From: an uncultured Bacilli bacterium
GTDB lineage: Bacteria; Bacillota_I; Bacilli_A; RF39; UBA660
Direction: 5' to 3'
DNA: 64,000 nucleotides
NCBI GenBank assembly: GCA_947626595.1
Contig: CANQST010000001.1
Coordinates: forward strand, 1,076 to 65,075
A model generated the notes under the pieces. The model was given only the letters and a program-made list of their open reading frames with translations, did no database searches and was not told where the DNA came from. This document shows positions 30,289 to 38,110 of this stretch, piece by piece (position 1 is the stretch's first letter; the number at the start of each line of letters is the position of its first letter). The position numbers and the translations under genes were made by a program.

Positions 30289-30612
30289 ATGAAAAAGATA
30301 CCTATTGTAATGATAATAATATTATTTATATTAATTATTATATGTATTTATGATTGTTTGTTTAGTAAAAGTAAAATGTATTATACAAAGGTTACTAATA
30401 AAGAAGTAGAAGTAAGTAATAATAAGTATGAGTATAATTTATTAATGTATGATAAGAATGGTATGGGAAAGAGAATAGCTTTTAAGAGTAGTAGGTTACT
30501 TAAGGAAAATGCTTATTTAAAAATAAAGTATTATAGTATTAGTAGGGTTAACATTTGGGAAGAAATAGATTTTAGTAAATTACCTAGTAAAGTTAAAGAG
30601 AAATATAGTTAA
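30289..30612 (+). CDS. small N-terminally anchored protein
   Basis: 107 aa. Starts 2 bp after the BceB-like gene. Confidence 0.45.
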   Translation: MKKIPIVMIIILFILIIICIYDCLFSKSKMYYTKVTNKEVEVSNNKYEYNLLMYDKNGMGKRIAFKSSRLLKENAYLKIKYYSISRVNIWEEIDFSKLPSKVKEKYS

Positions 30613-30620
30613 AGTTATAA

Positions 30621-30644
30621 AGGAATTCTTGAGTTCCTTTTTTC
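30621..30644 (+). terminator. rho-independent terminator
   Basis: aggaattcttgagttcctttttt. Confidence 0.45.
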
Positions 30645-30708
30645 TTTACAATGTAAGGAATAGTGGTGTAAAATATAAGTATATAGTAGGGGATATTTGG
30701 AGGTATTT

Positions 30709-33207
30709 ATGAGGTCAAAAAGAGGTTTTACTTTAGTTGAGTTAATTGTCGCAGTATCTATTATGTCAATAATAGTAATTTTAGCTATTCCCTCAATTGG
30801 AGCAATTCAAAAAAGAAATGCTTTAAAGAGGTATGAAAATTATGGAGAGACAGTTCTTACTAGTGGAAAGCTTTATACTGATAGTAATGAAATAGATATG
30901 TTTGGTTATGATAGTGATGGTTGCTATGACATAAGTTTTGAGAAAATGTTTTATAAAAAATTACTAAAAGATATAGACTATAAAGATGTAACTTGTGCCG
31001 ATAATGAAACTAAAAAGACTTTTGTAAGAGTTAAAAAGCTAGATGGTAATATAAGATATCAACTTTCTATTAGATGTATTGATGGAAGTAATAAGGAAGT
31101 TTATTATGAACCTATAAAAAATCCAATATGTGCTGGAGAAAAATCTCATGAAGGACCTAAGGTAGTAGTAAGTCCTAAGAATACTAGTGGAGTATATAAA
31201 AGTGAAAATGAAAGTTATAAAGTAAGTATAACAGTAAAAGATGATGATGGATTACTTGAAAATAATGAGTTACAGTATTCATGGTGTAAGACAGCTAACT
31301 GTAGTGATGTTACAAGTTATACTACTTTAAGATTTGAAAATAAAAGAGATGTAAAGTCAGCTAGTAAGAAAATAAAAAGACCTAAGGGTGATGGAGTATA
31401 TTATTTAAAGATACATCCAACAGTGGTAGTAGATGTCTTTAATAACGCTACTCATGATGATGCGATATATGGACCATATAATTTTGATACAACACCTCCT
31501 ATTGTAATAGTAAATGCTTATGTAAATGGAACTCAAACTAAGGTTACAGCTGCTGTTATTAGTAGTAGAAAGGTTAAAGGAAAAGAAGATAACCTGATAG
31601 CTTATCAAACGGGAAATATAAATTATAATGATTATCAGAAATTATATAGTAATAAATGGGCTAATAAAGCTAACTTTCCAAGTGGAATATATTATGAGGT
31701 TACTTATAAAGATGATGATGCTTATAAGTTAGGAGTTAAAGGCTCAGGAATAAAAAGCATTGTTTGGAAAGAAAATGAAAGTGATAAAACAACTGGTGGC
31801 GAAGTAAAAGGAAATACGAAATTACCTATTAATGCTAATGGAAAAAGTGGAGCGGCACTAAATAAAGATGGGCATAGAAAAGGTCAAATAACAGTTACTG
31901 ATAATGCTGGAAATTATGTTGTAGTGAATGTTGAAGCATACATTGATTTAACGCTTCCAGGATGTAAAAGTAGTGGTGGAAAAGACGAGTGGATTAATGC
32001 TGCAAGTAATCCAGGATATCGCACAGTAACAGGAACGTGTAGTGATGCTATGAGTGGCTGTGTAGATAAAACTGTTAAATATGATTATAAAGACGATATC
32101 AATACAACGACGGCTGGACCACAAAAAAATGTAAAGGATTATGCTGGTAATGAAAATTCTTGTCCTAATGACCAGATAGTTAAAATAGATAAGACTGCTC
32201 CTACATGTACATCAAATGCTAATTATACTAGTAAGAGCGCAAAAGGATGGTTGAATGCTAGTGATAAAAATGGAAAAGTAACAGTATCTGCTACATGCAG
32301 TGATCCTGGCGCTTATGCAAGTGGATGTAAATCAGTACCAAATTCATTAGTATATTCAACCGATATGAATGAAAAGATAAGTCCTGGAACTGTTTATGAC
32401 AATGCTAATAATTCTACGAAATGTGGAGAAGTAGCGGTTAAAATAGATAAGACAAAACCTACAATATCTTTGACAAGACGTAAATATTCTTCTTATACTA
32501 GTGGTAGTGGTTGTTCAGGAAGAGATATGGGTGCATACCCTAATAATACTTGGACAAACGATCAGTGTGTAAAGGTAACTGCTAGTTTTGAAGATAATTT
32601 GAGTGGAATAGATACTAAAGTATATAGTAGAACTGGTTTTTCAGAAGACAAAACGAATGTGTCTGTTTCTAATCCTCACAGTGTATCTAAGCGAAAAGAA
32701 AGTTCAAGTACCATAACTTATAATATAACAGATAAGGCTGGTAATTCTGCCAGTGCAACTGCTAAAGTAAAATTGGATAGAACAAAGCCTACTTGCTCTA
32801 TATCTGATGCTAGAGCTGGTACGTATAGTGTTGCTTTTAAAGTAAATTGTTCTGATAGTGGAGGTAGCCATTTAACTAATTGCGCTGGTGCTAGTTATAG
32901 TGATAAAAAGAATTCTAAAAGTGTAAATAAGGACGAAAATAGTAGCAAAACTTTTTATGTTAATGATGCGGCAGGAAACTCTAATTCTTGTTCAGTAACA
33001 ATATATCATAATGCAAATCCAGTATGCGGTTCTTATGATTGTAGTGAAAGCTATAGCATGACTGATACTAATGGATGTCCAGAAGTTGCTTGTGCTTGTT
33101 ATGAGTGTAAGGATGGGTATAATTTGAGTTATAATTATGATAACCCAATGTGTTATATGACTTGTACAAAACCGAAGACATGTAATTATACTTGTTATCA
33201 TACATAG
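30709..33207 (+). CDS. giant modular type IV pilin-like protein (class III signal peptide, repeat domains, Cys-rich tail)
   Basis: RBS ggagg. N-terminus MRSKRGFTLVELIVAVSIMSIIVILAIP is a prepilin leader with G-1/F+1/E+5. Four ~95-aa repeats, each beginning xDxTxPT[CI]. C-terminal 60 aa contain 14 Cys. Confidence 0.7.
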   Translation: MRSKRGFTLVELIVAVSIMSIIVILAIPSIGAIQKRNALKRYENYGETVLTSGKLYTDSNEIDMFGYDSDGCYDISFEKMFYKKLLKDIDYKDVTCADNETKKTFVRVKKLDGNIRYQLSIRCIDGSNKEVYYEPIKNPICAGEKSHEGPKVVVSPKNTSGVYKSENESYKVSITVKDDDGLLENNELQYSWCKTANCSDVTSYTTLRFENKRDVKSASKKIKRPKGDGVYYLKIHPTVVVDVFNNATHDDAIYGPYNFDTTPPIVIVNAYVNGTQTKVTAAVISSRKVKGKEDNLIAYQTGNINYNDYQKLYSNKWANKANFPSGIYYEVTYKDDDAYKLGVKGSGIKSIVWKENESDKTTGGEVKGNTKLPINANGKSGAALNKDGHRKGQITVTDNAGNYVVVNVEAYIDLTLPGCKSSGGKDEWINAASNPGYRTVTGTCSDAMSGCVDKTVKYDYKDDINTTTAGPQKNVKDYAGNENSCPNDQIVKIDKTAPTCTSNANYTSKSAKGWLNASDKNGKVTVSATCSDPGAYASGCKSVPNSLVYSTDMNEKISPGTVYDNANNSTKCGEVAVKIDKTKPTISLTRRKYSSYTSGSGCSGRDMGAYPNNTWTNDQCVKVTASFEDNLSGIDTKVYSRTGFSEDKTNVSVSNPHSVSKRKESSSTITYNITDKAGNSASATAKVKLDRTKPTCSISDARAGTYSVAFKVNCSDSGGSHLTNCAGASYSDKKNSKSVNKDENSSKTFYVNDAAGNSNSCSVTIYHNANPVCGSYDCSESYSMTDTNGCPEVACACYECKDGYNLSYNYDNPMCYMTCTKPKTCNYTCYHT

Positions 33208-33236
33208 AAAAAACGTCATTAAAAGTAGGTGATAAA

Positions 33237-33920
33237 ATGCTTATTTTAGCAAGTGATTTTGACGATACTTTATTTGTAAAAGAAAAAGATGTTTTAGAAG
33301 AAAATATTAAAGCTATTAAGAAGTTTATTACTAATGGAAATATTTTCTGTATAATTACAGGAAGAAATTATTCTTATTTAAAGAAAGATTTGAATAAATA
33401 TAATATTCCTTATAGTTATTTAATTTGTTGTGATGGAGCGAAGATATTTAATAATATGGATTATTGTATAGATACATATCTTTTGAGTGAAGAAAAAATA
33501 AATAAATGTATTAAAGTTTTAGAAGAAGAAAATTGTAAGTACTATTTGGACGATGGTTATAATAGGACTTTTAATAAGAATGATACTATTAAAGTAGTGG
33601 GAATTATTGATAATACTATAGATAAAGAAAAAATAATTACTAAGTTAAATAAACTAAATCTTTATTCATATTTAAGTAGTGAACATATTAATATAGTAGA
33701 TAATTCGGTTAATAAACTTAATAGTTTGAAAAGACTAATTAATATTGAACAGTTAGATATAAATAACTTATATGTTATAGGTAATGAGGTAAATGATTTA
33801 GAAATGCTTAAATATTTTGATGGGGCTGTTATGAAAAAACATAGTAGTATACTTAATGATTTAAATAAGAAAGAATATGATTACTTATATCAGTATATAG
33901 AAGAATTGAGCAATAATTAA
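33237..33920 (+). CDS. HAD-superfamily hydrolase (Cof-like)
   Basis: MLILASDFDDTLF motif I (DxD). GDxxND motif near the C-terminus (GNEVNDLEML). Confidence 0.75.
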   Translation: MLILASDFDDTLFVKEKDVLEENIKAIKKFITNGNIFCIITGRNYSYLKKDLNKYNIPYSYLICCDGAKIFNNMDYCIDTYLLSEEKINKCIKVLEEENCKYYLDDGYNRTFNKNDTIKVVGIIDNTIDKEKIITKLNKLNLYSYLSSEHINIVDNSVNKLNSLKRLINIEQLDINNLYVIGNEVNDLEMLKYFDGAVMKKHSSILNDLNKKEYDYLYQYIEELSNN

Positions 33921-33945
33921 TTCTTCTTTTCATATACTTTTATAG

Positions 33946-34551
33946 GTGATTTTGTTGAGTAATTTTATCTTAAATTTAATAGATAATTATGGTTATTTAG
34001 GTATGTTTCTAGGTATGATTTTAGAAGCTGTTATTATAATTATTCCAAGTGAAGCTATTTTAGCAACCGGTGGAATACTTGCAAGTAGAGGAATATTTAC
34101 TTTTTGGTTTGCTTTTTTAACGGGACTTTTGGGAAGTGTTTTTTGCGCTATAGTAATTTACTTTATGGGTTATTTTGGTGGGAAAAGTTTTATAAGTAAG
34201 TATGGTAAATATTTTTTTATGAAAGAAGAAGATATTAATAAATCAGATACATGGTTTAATAAGTATGGAATGATGGGAGCATTAATAGGAAGAAATTTTC
34301 CTATTATTAGAACACTTATTTCTCTACCTATTGGTATAATGAGGTTATCTTTTATTAAATTTGTTATTTATACAATAATAGGTTCTATTCCTTGGACTTT
34401 TCTTTTTGTTTATTTAGGTTACTCATTAGGAGATAATTGGATTTTTATAAATACTTATATTTCTAAGTTAAAAATACCTATAATAATACTGTTAGTTTTT
34501 ATTGTAGGTAAATGGTTACTTAAAATGGTGAAAAAGTACTTATTTTACTAG
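33946..34551 (+). CDS. DedA/SNARE-associated family membrane protein
   Basis: Characteristic pattern of hydrophobic helices plus G-rich re-entrant loops (GYFGGK…IGRNFPIIRT). Confidence 0.75.
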   Translation: MILLSNFILNLIDNYGYLGMFLGMILEAVIIIIPSEAILATGGILASRGIFTFWFAFLTGLLGSVFCAIVIYFMGYFGGKSFISKYGKYFFMKEEDINKSDTWFNKYGMMGALIGRNFPIIRTLISLPIGIMRLSFIKFVIYTIIGSIPWTFLFVYLGYSLGDNWIFINTYISKLKIPIIILLVFIVGKWLLKMVKKYLFY

Positions 34552-34607
34552 CATTTTTAGAAAAAGTGTGTTATACTTTAGGACGTGTTGTAAAGAGGTG
34601 TAGTAAA

Positions 34608-36425
34608 ATGGAAAAAAGAAATATCGCAATAATTGCTCATGTAGATCATGGTAAAACAACTTTAGTAGATGGTATTTTAAAACATTCTGGTATGTTTCGT
34701 GATAATGAAGATATCTCTAATATATCAATGGATTCCAATGATTTGGAGAAGGAACGTGGTATCACTATTTTAGCAAAGACAACGGCTCTTGATTATAAAG
34801 GAGTACGTATTAATATTCTAGATACTCCAGGTCATGCTGACTTCGGTGGAGAAGTTGAGCGTATAATGAATATGGTAGATGGAGTGCTACTTGTTGTTGA
34901 TGCTTATGAAGGGGCTATGCCACAGACAAGATTTGTTCTTAAAAAAGCTTTTGAAGCTAAAGTTAAGCCTATTGTTGTTATTAATAAGGTTGATAAACCT
35001 AGTGCTAGATGTAAACAAGTAGTTGACGAAGTGCTTGATTTGTTTATTGAGTTAGGAGCAGATGATGAGCAACTTGATTTTAAGGTATTGTATGCATCCG
35101 CTGTTAATGGAACATGTTCTTTAAGTGATGATTTATCTACGCAAACAGAAGGTTTTACTGAGATACTTGATACTATATTGGAAGAAATTCCAGAACCTAA
35201 AGGTGATAGTAATGCCCCACTTCAATTTCAACCAGCTTTACTTGATTATAATGAATTTGTTGGTCGTATTGGAATTGGTCGTGTTCATAATGGCAAAATT
35301 AAAACAGGAGAAGTTGTTACTTGTGTTAGATTAGATGGTTCTACTAAGGAATTTAGAATTCAAAAATTATTTGGTTTTTATGGTTATAATCGTATTGAAA
35401 TAGAAGAAGCTGAAGCTGGTGATATCGTTGCGGTTGCGGGACTTAGTGATATTTCAGTAGGAGAAACTTTATGTAATAAAGATAATATTTTACCTTTACC
35501 AAAGCTTCATATTGATGAGCCAACTTTACAAATGACTTTTGGTACTAACTCTTCACCTTTTGTAGGTCGTGATGGCAAAATAGTAACGGCTCGTAAAATA
35601 GAAGAAAGACTTCTTCGTGAAACACAAAGAGATGTTAGTCTAAAAGTTGAGCCTGCTACTAATGAGTCTTTCTTAGTAAGTGGTAGAGGAGAGTTACATT
35701 TAGGAATTTTAATTGAAAATATGCGTCGTGAAGGCTTTGAGTTAGAAGTATCAAAGCCAACGGTTATTATTAAAGAAGTAAATGGGGTAAAATGTGAACC
35801 ATATGAGGAATTACAAATAGAATTACCTGAAGAAAGTGTTGGGGCTGTTATTGAACAATTAGGTATACGTGGTGGAAAGATGGAAAGTATGACTAACTTT
35901 GAAAATCAAGTAAGATTACTTTATACTATTCCATCTCGTGGTTTAATTGGTTTTTCAACAGAGTTTTTGACATTAACTAAGGGCTATGGTATTATGAACC
36001 ATACTTTCAAAGAATATCTTCCTTATGAAAATATGGTAATTGGTGAAAGAAAACTTGGTGTTTTAGTTTCTATGGAAAATGGAAGTGCTACGGCTTATTC
36101 TATCGGTAATTTAGAAGATAGAGGAGTTATGTTCATTGAACCAGGTTGTGAAGTTTATGAAGGTATGGTTATAGGTGAGTGTAATCGTGATAATGATTTA
36201 GCTGTTAATGTTGTTAAGGGTAAACAGCTTACTAATACTAGAGCCGCTGGTTCCGACCATACTGTTGTCTTGAAAAGACCAAGACCTATTTCGTTAGAGT
36301 ATGCTCTTGATTATATTAATTCTGACGAATTAGTTGAAGTAACACCAAACTTTATTCGTATTAGAAAGAAAATCTTAAATACCGAAGAAAGAAAGAAATT
36401 TGATGCTAAAAATAAAAATAGTTAG
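34608..36425 (+). CDS. typA: translational GTPase TypA/BipA
   Basis: AHVDHGKTTL (G1), DTPGHADF (G3), NKVD (G4). EF-G-like domains. Confidence 0.9.
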   Translation: MEKRNIAIIAHVDHGKTTLVDGILKHSGMFRDNEDISNISMDSNDLEKERGITILAKTTALDYKGVRINILDTPGHADFGGEVERIMNMVDGVLLVVDAYEGAMPQTRFVLKKAFEAKVKPIVVINKVDKPSARCKQVVDEVLDLFIELGADDEQLDFKVLYASAVNGTCSLSDDLSTQTEGFTEILDTILEEIPEPKGDSNAPLQFQPALLDYNEFVGRIGIGRVHNGKIKTGEVVTCVRLDGSTKEFRIQKLFGFYGYNRIEIEEAEAGDIVAVAGLSDISVGETLCNKDNILPLPKLHIDEPTLQMTFGTNSSPFVGRDGKIVTARKIEERLLRETQRDVSLKVEPATNESFLVSGRGELHLGILIENMRREGFELEVSKPTVIIKEVNGVKCEPYEELQIELPEESVGAVIEQLGIRGGKMESMTNFENQVRLLYTIPSRGLIGFSTEFLTLTKGYGIMNHTFKEYLPYENMVIGERKLGVLVSMENGSATAYSIGNLEDRGVMFIEPGCEVYEGMVIGECNRDNDLAVNVVKGKQLTNTRAAGSDHTVVLKRPRPISLEYALDYINSDELVEVTPNFIRIRKKILNTEERKKFDAKNKNS

Positions 36426-36428
36426 AAA

Positions 36429-36466
36429 ATAGCCAAAAAGGTTATTTTTTTCTTGGCTATTTTAGT
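36429..36466 (+). terminator. rho-independent terminator (10-bp stem aaatagccaa/ttggctattt)
   Basis: aaaatagccaaaaaggttatttttttcttggctatttt. Confidence 0.65.
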
Positions 36467-36506
36467 AATTGTTTGCTATAATGGTATTAAAGATAGGTGA
36501 GGTTAA

Positions 36507-37184
36507 TTGAAAGATAAGTTAGATGGCAAAAAAATGAGTGCTGAAGAATTAGCAAAAACACAGGTTCTTAACTTAAGTGATGTAGAAAGGATTGCTAGTT
36601 ATGAGAAGATGGTAAGTAAAAAGCCAGCTATTGTTATAGGAATAATTGGTTTATTTGCTTTAAGTCTAGGAATTTTTTACCCTAAAATAGTATCTTTTAT
36701 GAATAACGAAGAAGATAAAGGAGAAGTTTATAATAGAGTAGAAAAAGAAGAAGATAAAGAAATTCTTACTAATGATGTTACGACGCAATTAACCTGTACA
36801 AAAAGTTCTTTAGGAAATGCTGATGGTGTTGATTATTCTCTAACTTATAATTATACTTTCAAAAATGATGCCTTACAAAATTATACTAAATTAGCTATTT
36901 ATAATGCCAATGCTACTATTCCAACTAGTGCTAGTTCTATTGAAGGTTTATATAATGGTTTTGTTAGTTTTAGTACGACGCCAGTTACTGGTTACTTTTT
37001 ACAGGCTAGTAAAACTACTAATGGATTTACTGTTAGTTTAAATGTTGATTTGACTAAGTTTAATATTTCAACTTTACCTGATATTAATAAAACTCATTTT
37101 GTATCTAATGTTGAATTTAGTTTAAATGAAAAGAAGGATATAGTTAGTAATATTAGTATAAGTAATGGATTTACTTGTAGATAA
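36507..37184 (+). CDS. bitopic membrane protein, unknown function
   Basis: 225 aa, TTG start, one TM (IVIGIIGLFALSLGIF), S/T/N-rich ectodomain. Confidence 0.45.
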   Translation: MKDKLDGKKMSAEELAKTQVLNLSDVERIASYEKMVSKKPAIVIGIIGLFALSLGIFYPKIVSFMNNEEDKGEVYNRVEKEEDKEILTNDVTTQLTCTKSSLGNADGVDYSLTYNYTFKNDALQNYTKLAIYNANATIPTSASSIEGLYNGFVSFSTTPVTGYFLQASKTTNGFTVSLNVDLTKFNISTLPDINKTHFVSNVEFSLNEKKDIVSNISISNGFTCR

Positions 37185-37185
37185 A

Positions 37186-37216
37186 GAAAAAAATAACTGC
37201 TTTTAGGCAGTTTTTT
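37186..37216. terminator. bidirectional terminator between convergent genes
   Basis: aaaaaataactgcttttaggcagttttttc (stem actgc/gcagt) flanked by A-run and T-run. Confidence 0.5.
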
Positions 37217-37385
37217 CATTTTTCTTTAAAGTTCTTTTTTCTTTAGTTGTAATTCTAACTTTAGTACCATCACTTAATCTATGTACTTGTAAATTTAAGT
37301 TTTGTGTACTGTTAGTTGTATTTAGAGCATGAGAACGAATTCTTTTTTTCATATTTGGTTTTCTTATGCTTGCATTAATTGCCAT
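37203..37385 (-). CDS. rpmB: 50S ribosomal protein L28
   Basis: MAINASIRKPNMKKRIRSHALNTTNSTQNLNLQVHRL…KVRITTKEKRTLKKN matches the bL28 pattern (…R.SHA.N.T.R.F.PNLQ…). RBS aaggaggg directly upstream. The ORF-track entry 37203-37472 is over-extended. Confidence 0.85.
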   Translation of the reverse strand: MAINASIRKPNMKKRIRSHALNTTNSTQNLNLQVHRLSDGTKVRITTKEKRTLKKNEKTA

Positions 37386-37446
37386 ACTATCCCTCCTTTG
37401 GTGTATCTGCTTTATAACTTTATCATAAAAGGTGCGAATTGTCAAA

Positions 37447-37474
37447 TAAAAATCGCAAAATAAAAATCGCAAAA
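37447..37474. repeat. tandem 14-bp direct repeat (taaaaatcgcaaaa ×2) in the rpmB/37531 divergent intergenic region
   Basis: Read directly from the sequence. Possible operator. Confidence 0.5.
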
Positions 37475-37530
37475 AACTATTGGCAATAAAGGTTTTTTCC
37501 TGTATAGTAGTGAATTAGGGGAGATGTTAC

Positions 37531-38055
37531 ATGCAAGATAGAGAAAAGATAATAAGGCAAATAGAAAAATATCGAAATAATTCATGGTTTTATAATAGAG
37601 GAGAAATAGAAGATTTTGAAAGAAGAATTTTAGAATGTAGGAATAGTGAATATTGCTATTTCTTTGCAAGAGAAATTAGGGATGCTGATATAGAAAGTCA
37701 TGAAAAAGTAGTTTTAGAAGAAAAGATATTTAAGTATAATTATTTGTTTGCGAAAAATATAATAGGGGCAGATGTTTTAGCTCATGGAAAAGTAGTTATT
37801 GATACTTGTAATCCTAAGTTTAATTATATGTTTGCTCGTGATGTAAGAGGGGCTTTAGTTTTAGATCATGGCGATGTTGTTTTACAAAGTGGAGATCCTA
37901 AATATAATTATTTGTTTGCTAAGAATGTAGTTGGTGCTGATATAGAGAAACATATGGAAATACTTAAGAAAGATAAAAATATTGATTATGTTTATTTGCT
38001 TGATTTAGAAAAAAGTATGGAAAAAGCAAAACAATTAGTAAAAACTTACCAATAA
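37531..38055 (+). CDS. protein with 3-4 internal ~33-aa tandem repeats (YNYLFAKN.VGAD…HGKVV)
   Basis: Repeats visible in the translation: FKYNYLFAKNIIGADVLAHGKVV / PKFNYMFARDVRGALVLDHGDVV / PKYNYLFAKNVVGADIEKH. Confidence 0.5.
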   Translation: MQDREKIIRQIEKYRNNSWFYNRGEIEDFERRILECRNSEYCYFFAREIRDADIESHEKVVLEEKIFKYNYLFAKNIIGADVLAHGKVVIDTCNPKFNYMFARDVRGALVLDHGDVVLQSGDPKYNYLFAKNVVGADIEKHMEILKKDKNIDYVYLLDLEKSMEKAKQLVKTYQ

Positions 38056-38110
38056 TCTTGGTAGTTTTTCTTTTTCTATGATAAAATATTTTAGGAGAAG
38101 AGGTAGAAAA

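Noticed and set aside
28493-33219. Antisense ORFs 28493-28810, 31405-31608, 32992-33219
   Set aside because: They lie inside the BceB-like and giant pilin genes on the opposite strand, with no independent support.
35125-35334. 69-aa plus-strand ORF inside typA (alternative frame)
   Set aside because: typA is unambiguous, and the alternative-frame product is low complexity.
37442-37669. 75-aa minus-strand ORF spanning the rpmB upstream region, and the over-extended rpmB ORF (to 37472)
   Set aside because: True rpmB starts at the ATG at 37385, which has a perfect RBS. The upstream extension and the overlapping 75-aa ORF cover the intergenic repeat region and a divergent gene start.
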